Source: Octopus sinensis
Lineage: Eukaryota
Direction: 5' to 3'
DNA length: 64,000 nt
Assembly (NCBI RefSeq): GCF_006345805.1
Contig: NC_043001.1
Span: 12,462,001 to 12,526,000 of the forward strand
The translations under genes were made by a program, and so were the position numbers. The notes below the pieces were generated by a model that saw only the letters and a program-made list of their open reading frames with translations, was not told the origin of the DNA and searched no databases. This document shows positions 1-11,439 of this stretch, one piece after another (within the stretch, counting starts at the first letter, position 1; each line of letters starts with the position of its first letter).

Positions 1-23
1 ACCGTACGTTCACACACATACAC

Positions 24-260
24 ATACCTATTCTTTACTACCCACAAGGGGCTAAACACAGAGAAGACAAACAAGGACATACAAAGGGATTAAGTCGATT
101 ACATCGACCACAGTGCGTAACTGGTACTTAATTTATCGACCCCGAAAGGATGAAAGGCAAAGTCGACCTCGACGGAATTTGAACTCAGAACGTAACGCCA
201 GATGAAATATGGCTACGCATTTCGCCCAGCGTGCGAACGATTCTGCCAGCTCACCGCCTT
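24..260 (-). mobile_element. tRNA-headed SINE, working family A
   Basis: Reverse complement starts AAGGCGGTGAGCTGGCAGAA, has a B-box-like GAGTTCAAATTCC and matches the + copies at 10283 and 17304. Confidence 0.9.
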
Positions 261-962
261 TCACACCCACACATACCTATTAAGCTACTTCACATATAAT
301 ATCTGTTGTTGATTTAAATTATTTATCCATTTCTCCTCTGCGAAAGCTAATAACAAGTGTCTGTAATACACCAAGGTGACTTTAACGAATCGTTGCAAAT
401 TATCAATCCTCCTCAATTCTTCACAATGAAAGAGTTATGTATATTTAGTAATCCACAATGAAAGTCTAGTAAAAGCATACACAAATGAAAGAGTTATGTA
501 AATTTACTAATCCACATAGGAAACGGCGTCTTAACTTTGGTGGCTTATTTCGTCATATCCGGCAAATACATATACTTCTAGACATCACTTAATGTACTGA
601 ATTTAGGAGTGGAAAGAATCGTATTAGTAATCAACAAGTTGCGTAAAGTAACATACTTCAGTGTGTTTATACCAGAAGTTACACACAGTCGCCACTTATT
701 TAGTTGACTGCATAGACACCGCGATATATGTCATCGATTATCGAATGAGTGCCCAGCTTTTCATTGGTTTCTTATTAGACATAGATCAAATCTGTATTTT
801 ATTTGATCGTTTTCTATATATAATTCTGAGAGCTACTTTTGTCGACTACTTAACTTTTCTAAAGGACCCGAGGGTGTATAGATTTTGGAATGATGCCTAG
901 CTCTTCTAACATGGACGTGTTTTGTGGTTTAATGGATTGAATTTCATTGCAATTAAAGAAAC

Positions 963-1014
<52 letters not shown>

Positions 1015-1177
1015 CATATATACATATATATATATATGTAATTAATTAATAAGGGTGAGAGAATTAGATACTAATTTAATAGTATATCTATTCTACACCA
1101 AGTGGCCTAGTGCTCCGAGAAACCTGGATTATTATAATATTTATAATATATTATAATATTTTTACAAAATAAATATA

Positions 1178-1413
1178 GAGAGTGGTCACTATATGGCTCA
1201 CTCTAGCACCAGTTAATCCAAGGTTTCAACCACAAAAATACATGTTTCCATGAAATTTAGTACGATTGTTAGCTCAAACGGACAGGGCAAATTAAAAATT
1301 TGCCCTGTCGTGTGAGCTAACAATCGTACTGAATTTATGGAAAACATGTATTTTTGTGGTTGAAACCTTTTGGATTAACTGGTGCTAGAGTGAGCCATAT
1401 AGTGACCACTCTC
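1178..1413. repeat. Near-perfect palindrome (about 116-bp arms, 3-nt loop)
   Basis: GAGAGTGGTCACTATATGGCTC...GACAGGGCAAATT aaa AATTTGCCCTGTC...GAGCCATATAGTGACCACTCTC. Confidence 0.95.
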
Positions 1414-1421
1414 TTATAGTT

Positions 1422-1868
1422 ATATTATATATATATGTATAATAATATATATATACATATATATTTGTATATATGTATATATATATATATGTAGTATTTA
1501 TATATATAATATATACATATAATTTTTATATATGTATATATATATACATATATAGATATATATATATATATCTATATATATTATATATATACATATAGAT
1601 ATATACGTATATATATATACATATAGACATATATATATATATATACATTTATACGACTATATGTATATATGTATATAAATACATACATATATATATAATA
1701 TATATATATACATAATATAATATATATATACATATATATCTATATATATATCATATATATATAACATATATATATATAATATATATATATATAATTTATG
1801 TATGTATGTATATATATATATATATATAATATATAATATAATATATATATATATATATTATATATATT
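1422..1868. repeat. Degenerate (TA)n microsatellite
   Basis: Directly visible. Confidence 0.97.
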
Positions 1869-2315
1869 TCATGCGCACATTGATATAGCTTTACATCCAG
1901 CGTGTGGAAACATTTGAATCCAGATTTCACCATCTTCACATAGGTCGTACAATATAAAATTGTAAAGAAATAGAACACGAAACTTTTACATACAAATCAC
2001 CACCAGTATTTGGATAATTTCAAAACGCATATTGAATGAAGTGCACATTACAGTGGACTGAAAAAGGACATACACACGTGCAGCTGAATACGTGGGATAT
2101 TTATAAATAAAGTAACAAATATTACCAATTGTTCAGTTCCCGAAGTTTCGTGAATTTCACAATAATTTATTGCACCATCAAGTTAACGTACTTGAAATAT
2201 AGATTTAGATCTGGAGAAGGGATTATAATAAACATTAATGTTCTTCTAATTTATAATAAACATTAACGTTCTTCTAATGTAGGATCCCGGTCACTCTATT
2301 ATCCTAAACTCAATA

Positions 2316-2760
2316 TCGTATGGGTCCCTTCATCTTTGAGGTACCACATGTGGCTTGCAAGGGATGTGACGAATTTTCTTCCCGAAAGAAAATTCGAAGG
2401 ACGGCATGTGGTTGTTAAGGCTTGATTGTTCACATTTCTGGTACATCAACCGTTGGCTCCGGGTCTGGAGATATTGTTGTGATTGGGGCTGCCATCAGTG
2501 CTGTTATCATTACGAGGCATGTGTCTGGCAAGCAAGACACGCCATCTGCGATAGCAGCGACAACGCAAATGCCAGGGATGACCACTTCAGCGATAACAGC
2601 TTCATCAATATTACCAGACCCACGCCTTGTAATGACAACAGCTCCGATGACAGCAGCAGCGACAACATCTCGAAGATGGGACGCTTGTGCAACCACAGGT
2701 CCTTTTCTCGGATTCCGGAAAGACGATTCTTGAAAGATGAAAGGACCCCATATAATACTA
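2316..2760. other. GC-richer island with short terminal inverted repeats, probably a mobile-element fragment
   Basis: TATGGGTCCCTTCATCTTT (2319-2337) versus AAAGATGAAAGGACCCCATA (2733-2752); internal hairpin at 2372-2396; several frames open; the enclosing 1870-2770 block lies between two (TA)n arrays. Confidence 0.35.
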
Positions 2761-2768
2761 TGTGGTGG

Positions 2769-2771
<3 letters not shown>

Positions 2772-2831
<60 letters not shown>

Positions 2832-2836
2832 TATAT

Positions 2837-2910
<74 letters not shown>

Positions 2911-2916
2911 GTATAT
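2772..2916. repeat. (TA)n microsatellite
   Basis: Directly visible. Confidence 0.97.
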
Positions 2917-3076
2917 GTAGCTGTGTGGTAAGTAGTTTGCTAACCAACCACATGGTTCCGGTTCAGTCCCACTGCGTGGCACCTTGGGCAAGTGTCTTCT
3001 GCTATAGCCCGGGCCCACCAATACCTTGTGAGTGGATTTGGTAGGCGGAAACTGAAAGAAGCCTGTCGTATATACG

Positions 3077-3113
<37 letters not shown>

Positions 3114-3322
3114 TTGTGTGTCTGTGTTTGCCCCCCTAGCATTGCTTGACAACCGATGCTGGTGTGTTTACGTACCCGTCACTTAGCGGTTCGGCAAAAG
3201 AGACCGATAGAATAAGTACTGGGCTTCCAAAGAATAAGTCCCGGGGTCGATTTGCTCGACTAAAGGCGGTGCTCCAGCATGGCCGCAGTCAAATGATTGA
3301 AACAAGTAAAAGAGTAAAAGAG
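2917..3322 (+). mobile_element. tRNA-headed CORE-like SINE, working family B
   Basis: A-box-like GCTGTGTGG, B-box-like GTTCAGTCCC, CORE-like CCTTGGGCAAGTGTCTT, internal (TA)/(TG) tract, tail AAGTAAAAGAGTAAAAGAG; about 11 copies in the window. Confidence 0.92.
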
Positions 3323-4314
3323 TATATATTTATATATATATTCATTTATTTATATATATATATATATATATTTATACTGATGCGGTTGTACATAGTTTAA
3401 ATGTGTTTGAAAGCTTTGGTAAGTTTGTTCCCAAACAACACTTATTTTAGTGCTTTTAACAACACTGCATGGAAAGGTGCACTCCAGGTCTCGAAATCAA
3501 ATGTGGAAGTTTCAACCTTATATATATAAATTTACTGTTACTGAAACTGCTAACTCTCTTTGCAAGGTATATATTAGGAGCTCCATTAATGTTAATGAAA
3601 GATGTTTAGCAGATATACATTCATTGAAACCGACTATTACGAGCAACATTCGTTAAATATGTATATAAACTCAAACAGAAACACGTTGACTATAAATTAT
3701 TCTGCTCTGTTATTGATTCAGGTACACCATAAACACATTACACTTCTATCTACCGTCTATATACAAAAGAATCGCTACATATATTATATAAACAAAATAA
3801 TGTATTTAATTGCCAATCGGAATATAAGTAACATAGGTAATACCATAGTTTCTTTAACTTTAAACACTAAAAGAGATCATAAAGATAAGCTTCATATTAA
3901 TATTTTGTATTTTAAATTCTAGTATAATAATAAAATATTAAGATTATCAAAATAGAAGCTTAAATTTAATTCATATTAGATCATACACATTTTCACAAGA
4001 TATATATTATCTTTTAAATAAATACCTTGAACTTATCCTCTTGATTCTTAAATCTATACTCTTCTAATATATAACAAATTAACTTTAAATATAATACTTT
4101 AAATATAACAAATGGAAAAAAAAAATAGAAAACGCTTCCAAAGGTTACAATAACAATTTATTCTTCGAATTCACAAACAGGCGATGTTTAATACGTAGGT
4201 GCCTGTGTTTGTTTTCGTGTGTTTATGGTGGTGTAACACTCAACACGTGACCTATCCCGAGTCAATTCATGCATTCACCACTTGAACATATTAATCATTC
4301 CTATATAAATAATA

Positions 4315-4431
4315 GGCGTGTGGCTTAGTGGTTAGGGTCATTCGGCTCATGATCGTGAGTTCAATTCCCGGCATCGCGTTGTGTATAAATATATATAAAT
4401 AAATATAAATTGAGCGAGACGATTTATTTCA
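4315..4431 (+). mobile_element. SINE family D head fragment (duplicated again at 5667-5782)
   Basis: GGCGTGTGGCTTAGTGGTTAGG...GAGTTCAATTCCCGG, truncated after GATTTATTTCA. Confidence 0.85.
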
Positions 4432-4792
4432 CCTTATACTTTAGTACAATTTCTTTTGAATGCTCTTTTTTTTTATTTTGGAAATATATATCCTCAAATT
4501 TTACAACGCAACAGTCTTAAATTTATCCAAATACCTGCTACTACAGCTATTGAAAACATTTATCTGCCACACACCCACTCACTCTAATATTAACACTTCA
4601 TCCTACGCTTATTCAGAATCCATTTGTCGACTTATAGAGGTACATATTTTTACGAATGTTGTTTTACTGGAAAGAAAAAAAAATAATCGGAGAGACAAGA
4701 ATTGACAGCTGAAACACTCAACACGTGACCTATCCCGAGTCAATTCATGCATTCACCACTTGAACATTTTAATCATTCCTACATAAACAATA

Positions 4793-5137
4793 GGCGTGTG
4801 GCTTAGTGGTTAGGGGCATTCGGCTCCTGATCGTAAGATCGTGAGTTCAATTCCCGGCATCGCGTTGTGTATATATATATATAAATAAATATAAATATAA
4901 ATTGAGCGAGACGATTTATTTCATGTTGCTCCAGTCCACTCAGCTGGCAAAAATGAGTAGTATTTTAGAGGGCCGGCCTTGTCACAAAATGTGTCACGCT
5001 GAATCTCCCAGAGAACTACGTTAAGGGTGGACCTGTTTGTGGAGTGCTCAGCCACTTACACGTTAATTTCACGAGCAAGCTGTTCCGTTGATCGTATCAG
5101 CTGGGACCCTCGTCGTCGCAATCGACGGAGTGCTCCT
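4793..5137 (+). mobile_element. SINE family D (copy within the duplicated LTR start)
   Basis: tRNA-like head, CORE-like body interrupted by a TA tract, and a tail shared with family C ending CGACGGAGTGC. Confidence 0.9.
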
Positions 5138-6143
5138 TATATATATATAAACAAAATAATGTATTTAATTGCCAATCGGAAGTATTAAGTACACATAGGT
5201 TCTATAAAACTTTTAAACACTAAAAGAGATCATAAAGATAAGCTTCATATTAATATTTTGTATTTTAAATTCTAGTATAATAATAAAATATTAAGATTAT
5301 CAAAATAGAAGCTTAAATTTAATTCATATTAGATCATACACATTTTCACAAGATATATATTATCTTTTAAATAAATACTTTGAACTTATCCTCTTGATTC
5401 TTAAATCTATACTCTTCTAATATATAACAAATTAACTTTAAATATAATACTTTAAATATAACAAATGGAAAAAAAAATAGAAAACGCGTCCAAAGGTTAC
5501 AATAACAATTTATTCTTCGAATTCACAAACAGGCGATGTTTAATACGTAGGTGCCTGTGTTTGTTTTCGTGTGTTTATGGTGGTGTAACACTCAACACGT
5601 GACCTATCCCGAGTCAATTCATGCATTCACCACTTGAACATATTAATCATTCCTATATAAATAATAGGCGTGTGGCTTAGTGGTTAGGGTCATTCGGCTC
5701 ATGATCGTGAGTTCAATTCCCGGCATCGCGTTGTGTATAAATATATATAAATAAATATAAATGAGCGAGACGATTTATTTCACCTTATACTTTAGTACAA
5801 TTTCTTTTGAATGCTCTTTTTTTTATTTTGGAAATATATATCCTCAAATTTTACAACGCAACAGTCTTAAATTTATCCAAATACCTGCTACTACAGCTAT
5901 TGAAAACATTTATCTGCCACACACCCACTCACTCTAATATTAACACTTCATCCTACGCTTATTCAGAATCCATTTGTCGACTTATAGAGGTACATATTTT
6001 TACGAATGTTGTTTTACTTGGAAAGAAAAAAAAATAATCGGAGAGACAAGAATTGACAGCTGAAACACTCAACACGTGACCTATCCCGAGTCAATTCATG
6101 CATTCACCACTTGAACATTTTAATCATTCCTACATAAACAATA

Positions 6144-6488
6144 GGCGTGTGGCTTAGTGGTTAGGGGCATTCGGCTCCTGATCGTAAGATCGTGAGTTCA
6201 ATTCCCGGCATCGCGTTGTGTATATATATATATAAATAAATATAAATATAAATTGAGCGAGACGATTTATTTCATGTTGCTCCAGTCCACTCAGCTGGCA
6301 AAAATGAGTAGTATTTTAGAGGGCCGGCCTTGTCACAAAATGTGTCACGCTGAATCTCCCAGAGAACTACGTTAAGGGTGGACCTGTTTGTGGAGTGCTC
6401 AGCCACTTACACGTTAATTTCACGAGCAAGCTGTTCCGTTGATCGTATCAGCTGGGACCCTCGTCGTCGCAATCGACGGAGTGCTCCT
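6144..6488 (+). mobile_element. SINE family D inserted in the 5' LTR
   Basis: AACAATAG on both sides, whereas the 3' LTR has a single AACAATAG (empty site). Confidence 0.92.
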
Positions 6489-6776
6489 TATATATATATA
6501 ACAATAGTTGGCAAGAGATAAGGAAGATACCCACAATAGTTCCCATAGTTTTGAGAGCGATGTATCTTTCTTTCTTGCTATGTTGCGACCATTATAAATA
6601 CAGAAAAAAGTAGCAAGCCAAAGTCAGTTAGGGAAAGGAGTTAGTAAAGGGAGTTTGAAAAGATGACCGGACAGTCGAGGAACGCTTTTCTCTTTCACTG
6701 GCTCACTTTAAAATGACAAGCATCATTCTGTCTTCCTTCATCTTTTCTCTCTGCCACTCTATCATCCATTAAGATG

Positions 6777-7153
6777 GAGGAAGCACTCCGTCGGTTACGA
6801 CGATGAGGGTTCCGGTTGATCCGAATCAGCCTGTTCGTGAAATTAACGTGTAAGTGGCTGAGCACTCCACAGACACGTGCACCCTTAACGTAGTTCTCGG
6901 GGATATTCAGCGTGACACAGAGAGTGACAAGGCCGGCCCCTTGGAATACAGGTACAACAGAAACAGGAAGTTAGAGTGAGAGAAAGTTGTGGTGAAAGAG
7001 TACAGCAGGGATCACCACCATCCCCTGCCGGAGCCTCGTGGAGCTTTTAGTTGTTTTCGCTCAATAAACACTCACAACGCCCGGTCTGGGAATCGAAACC
7101 GCGATCCTATGACCGCGAGTCCACTGCCTTAACCACTGGACCATTGCGCCTCC
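6777..7153 (-). mobile_element. tRNA-headed SINE, working family C, inserted in the 5' LTR
   Basis: 11-bp TSD CCATTAAGATG at 6766-6776 and 7154-7164; matches copies at 16001, 16503 and 23908. Confidence 0.95.
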
Positions 7154-7465
7154 CCATTAAGATGATTGGCCGGCAAACGACATAAACAGTGAACACCAGC
7201 ACAAGAATAAAGCGGTTAGAGTGACTTCCCCTTTGTTTTGATTGCTCGATTCCGACTAGGAAATCCACTTGTCATCAAGAACTGACATATATAATCAAAC
7301 TATTTGTGACAGCTTCTGTTTTGGACTCAAATGATTATAACAGCTTTGAGCTGCCTTCGATTTTATGTGTGTTTTATGCATTTCGTTTATATCAGTACAC
7401 ATCTAAAATTTTACGGGTTGCTGTTAATTTATTCGCTGTTGCCTTTGTCTAACCCGTAACAAAAT

Positions 7466-7483
7466 TAGGGGCTCGTCTGGGAT
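7466..7483 (+). promoter_or_regulatory. Primer-binding site complementary to the tRNA-Pro 3' end
   Basis: TAGGGGCTCGTCTGGGAT, a 16/18 match to TGGGGGCTCGTCCGGGAT, 4 nt after the LTR end. Confidence 0.88.
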
Positions 7484-7612
7484 ACGAACATTTCGAACTC
7501 TGCGGGTCGTCTTCGATCTAAACGGAAGAATTCTGCGAGACATTTTGTGACCAGAATGGGAACGGCTCGAATTGATTTGAATTCATTAGAGATATTTTGT
7601 AAAAAAAAACAA

Positions 7613-7656
<44 letters not shown>

Positions 7657-7721
7657 ATCATTTTCATTTTTTGAATAACATTTTTCCCCTTTTCCAAGCA
7701 AGTTAACTGAAGCCAGCAAAG

Positions 7722-8830
7722 ATGTCATTTAAATTAGAGAATTTCCTTAAGTCTCCTTCCTCTGAGACAGTTGGCACCTAACGCAAATCAGATTTAATAA
7801 AAGTTTCTTCACATTTTGAACTCGAAGCTAAACCTGCTATGAGAAAATTTCATATTCTAGGAAATTGTTATGAATCACTTCATCAATGAAGGAGTCTTCG
7901 AATATGATGTTTTGGAGATGGTGATAGCTTTCAGACCATTTAATGATTTAAAAAAAGCCAAGATTCAATTAGATTTGAAAAAAAATGAAAAAGAAATTGA
8001 ACTTTAAAAAAATTAGAATTAGAAAAGGAAATTGAATTTAAAAGGTTGGAGTTCGAAAAACAGAAAGAAATTGAACGTAAAATGCTGGAAGCTTCTTTTC
8101 CTCATTTACACCCTTCCTCTATTGATGGTGCAGTGCATGCCAGACAGATCCCCCTTTTCAATGAAGAAGAGGTTGATAAATATTTCTTGCATTCCAAAAA
8201 GGTTGATGAAAACCACAAGTAGCCCAAGGAGTCTTGGACTACGCTGCTACAAACGGTGTTAAAAGTTAAGGCACATTTTTTCACTTTATCTGTGGAGCAA
8301 AGTTTGGATTAGAAAGTGGTTAAGAGGACCCTTCTGAAAGCTTAAGAGTTAGCGCCCGAAGCTTATCGACAAAAATTTAGGAATGCTCAAAACAAAGGAA
8401 CAATGAGGCTTTTGTAGAGTTTGCTAGGGAGAAGGAAAGTTTATTTGATTGGTGGTGTAACTAAGAAGGTCATAGATTTTGATAGTTGGAAAGAGTTAAT
8501 TTAATGGAAGATTTTAAACAAAGTATTCATTCCGACCTCAATGTTTATTTCATGAACAAAAAGTTGATATTCTGCATAATGCTGCTATTTTGGCACATGG
8601 CTATCATTTGACTCATAGGAGTTCTTTTCGGCCGTCGAGGTCGTCTTCTTCTGCTCATAATTGTTTCTCCCCGTGTGGTAGCACATATTATGAAAATTCC
8701 AATAGTTATGGGACGAGTTAAAATTTTTCGGACAGGTAGTCTCATCCGTCTCGGTCTCATTCTGGTACTTCCGTGCTTATTGTAGGGGGCCGGGTCATTT
8801 AATTTCGGCATGTCCAAAAGTTAAGTATAA
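7722..8830 (+). pseudogene. gag relic with SCAN-like capsid region and CCHC zinc knuckle
   Basis: MSFKLENFLKSPS..; IPLFNEEEVDKYFLH..; KA*ELAPEAYRQKFRNA; FVEFAREKESLFDWWC; LILMEDFK; (C>R)AYCRGPGHLISACP at about 8772-8816; many stops and frameshifts. Confidence 0.85.
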
Positions 8831-8899
8831 AAATCAGCCCTCTGGGTCCCCAAATGCTTTTGTGTCTGTCGCTCCTTTCATTGCGGAGAGTTTTGATAA

Positions 8900-9925
8900 T
8901 GAGAATAAGACCCCAGAGTCTATATATAGTTCGGAAGGAGGTTTTGCCTTTAGGCTTAGAGGTTTTGTGTCACTTATGTGCCGTTTCTATTTTGAAAGAT
9001 ACAGGATCCTTTCAGGCTCTAAATTTAAAGGACGTTTTGCCATTTTGTGCTGAGTCTTCGTCAAACTCAAAAGTTTCAAATCGGGGCATAAGTGGCAATT
9101 TTTTTGTTCCTCTCCATTTTGTAAGTTTAAATTCAGGTTTAATTTCTGACGAGGTGGACATATGTGTTGTTGACTCTTTCCTAGTTGCAGGAGTAGATAT
9201 GTTGTTAGGGAATGATATTAAGGGATCCAAATTTGGGGCTGATCATGTTGCCACTCTTTCTCCAGAGAGTTCCATTAGTGCAGGAAAGTGGGAGGAGGAC
9301 TGATAATTTTCCTTCTTTTACAGTGACTTGTTCAATGTCGAAAAACATTTCTTCTACGACTTCTCAGCCGAATGATCTATTTTTTGATTTGTCAGGGACC
9401 TTCTTGGAGCATTCGTTTTATAAAGTAGAGGCTGATGACATATCTTCAGGTATTTTTGATAAGTGTAATAGTGTGTCAGATGGTGACCATGTTCTTTCCA
9501 TAGAGTAACATATTAATGCACAGGGTAAGGATGCTGAGTTACAGAAGTTAGCTAATAAGTTTATTTCTTTAGAGGAGTTTAGTGAGACTTCTGTTTGTTG
9601 CTACGTTCAGAAAAAAAAAGGTTGTGAACTGTAGACATGGTTGAGCCGGTTGATGATGAAGTTAGCGATGCAAAGTGCGATGTCGTTAGAGATAATGTTT
9701 TACCTAAATAAGGGAATTCAAGTCTCACCTTGATACCTTGATAAGAAATTGACGCATTTGTCCATTGAGCGGAAAACTCAATTACAAGATCAAATTCGTG
9801 ATTTCTCACATTTATTTCCGGATGCGTCTGGCCAAACTAGCATCGTTAGGCTTGATTTAAAAATGTAGGTGATGCTGTCATTAAAAGCTGACATCCGTAT
9901 CAGATGAATTCCGTGTAAAATGACA
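8900..9925 (+). pseudogene. pol relic: aspartic protease, linker and the very start of RT
   Basis: ILKDTGSFQAL..; VPLHFVSLNSGLIS..VDMLLGND; later HLFPDASGQT and HPYQMN resemble the Gypsy RT N-terminus; no integrase core, RT core or RNase H seen. Confidence 0.75.
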
Positions 9926-9927
9926 CA

Positions 9928-10167
9928 GTGTGGAAACAAGAAGAGAAAGCAACAGTTAAGCTGATGTGCCAGAAGATAACCAATGCATATGAGATATTAA
10001 CAGATGAGGAACAAAGAAATGATTGCAAATACATGCTGCATCACCCAGAGGAATACTACTCTGATTACTTCTATTACCGCCGCAGTCGGGTACCAAAAGT
10101 TGATGCTGGAATTGTCATAGCTGTTGCCGTTTTGGTAGCATCTGTTATTCAGTATTTAAGTGCATGA
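9928..10167 (+). pseudogene. DNAJC25: Intronless DNAJC25 fragment (J-domain helices III-IV plus transmembrane segment) inside the LTR element
   Basis: NAYEILTDEEQRNDCKYMLHHPEEYYSDYFYYRRSRVPKVDAGIVIAV closely matches the DNAJC25 motif [46 protein letters not shown] as I recall it; lacks the N-terminus and HPD motif; ends at TGA where W is expected. Confidence 0.85.
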
Positions 10168-10282
10168 AGTATTAGAGCTGACGAAATGTTATGGGACACA
10201 GGATGATGAATTAACTTGCAAGAGCAGAGATAATGTTCGTGCAGATGAAAAATTCAGAACATTATTATTATTATCATTATTT

Positions 10283-10498
10283 GGCAGAAACGTTAGCGCC
10301 CCGGCCGAAATGCTTAGCGGTATTTCGTCTGCCGTTACGTTCCGAGTTCAAATTCCGCCGAGGTCGACTTTGCCTTTCATCCTTTCGGGGTCGATAAATA
10401 AAGTACCAGTTACGCACTGGGGTCGATCGAATAGACGTGATTCCTTTGTCTGTCCTAGTTTGTCCCCTCTATGTCTAGCCCCTTGTTGGCAATAAACA
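10283..10498 (+). mobile_element. SINE family A flanked by (ATT)n tracts
   Basis: Matches 17304-17540; ATT repeats at 10261-10282 and 10505-10560. Confidence 0.9.
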
Positions 10499-10503
10499 AC
10501 TAA

Positions 10504-10560
<57 letters not shown>

Positions 10561-10678
10561 TACTTGATGTCATGTGATGCATCTGCATTGTGTTTGATGC
10601 TTCTAGGTTTTCTTTATGATATTGAATGTACTATATTTGTTGTTGTAACAGAAAGTTTTTGAGAGACTTCTGTTCCCT

Positions 10679-10693
10679 AAGCGGGAGAGAAAG
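10679..10693 (+). promoter_or_regulatory. Polypurine tract
   Basis: AAGCGGGAGAGAAAG directly abutting TGTTACG of the 3' LTR. Confidence 0.75.
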
Positions 10694-11439
10694 TGTTACG
10701 AATGTGTTTATTTTCAAACAAAAAAAATGGGATTTTGATTTAGGGATAGATTCGAAGCTGAATCTACAGAATGCCCTGTTGACGTGCCTCATCACTTTCT
10801 TGCGAAGAGATAGATAAGAATTGACAGCTGAGACACTCAACACATCGCCTATGCCAAGCCGATTTATGTATTCTTCAATTGACCCTTTTAATCCCTCCCA
10901 TACAAACAATAGTTGACAAGAGATAAAGAAGATACCTACAGCAGTTCCCATTGTCTTGTGAGCGATATGTCCCCCTCTTTCTCGCTATGTTGCAACCATT
11001 ATAAATACAGAAAAAGTAGCAAGCCAAAGTCAGTTAGGGAAAGGAGTTAGTAAAGGGAGTTTGAAGAGATGACCAGACAGTCGAGGAACGCTTTTCTCTT
11101 TCCCTGGCTCACTTTAGAAGGCAAGTATCATTCTGTCTTCCTTCCTCTTCCCTCTCTGCCATTCTATCATCCTTTAAGGTGATAGAATGGCAAACGACAT
11201 AAACAGTGAACAGCAGCACAAGAAGAAAACGGTAAGTGTGACATCCCCTTTCTTTGGATTGCTCGCTTCTATAGCAACTGCTGGAGTTTCAACTTCCGAC
11301 AAGGAAATCCATCGTTAAAATTTGATATATATTCAAATTATTTGCGACAGCTCTGCGCTTGAAGTTTGGATATTTTGTGACGGATTGGATTACAATGATT
11401 ATAACAACTTTGAAATGTCTTCGATTTGAGTGTTTTCTG

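Larger units (their letters stand above)
3790..6495 (+). repeat. Tandem duplication, 2 x about 1352 bp, each unit with an internal approximately 195-bp duplication
   Basis: Matching anchors at 4181/5533 (GCGATGTTTA) and 5121/6472 (ATCGACGGA); the internal repeat at 4237-4432 matches 4716-4925. Confidence 0.95.
5998..7461 (+). repeat. 5' LTR interrupted by two SINEs
   Basis: Colinear with 10694-11725 once 6144-6488 and 6777-7153 are removed; ends CCCGTAACA; the first bases read TTTTACG (TG mutated). Confidence 0.85.

Noticed and set aside
4237-6300. Four recurrences of the same about 195-bp block, superficially array-like
   Set aside because: They are explained by nested duplication of LTR plus SINE head; not CRISPR-like, with no short repeat-spacer pattern, and the DNA is eukaryotic.
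9928-10167. Treating the DNAJC25-like ORF as an exon of the real host gene
   Set aside because: It lies inside an LTR element, lacks clear splice boundaries and the HPD motif, ends in a premature TGA, and no other DNAJC25 exon is visible in the window.
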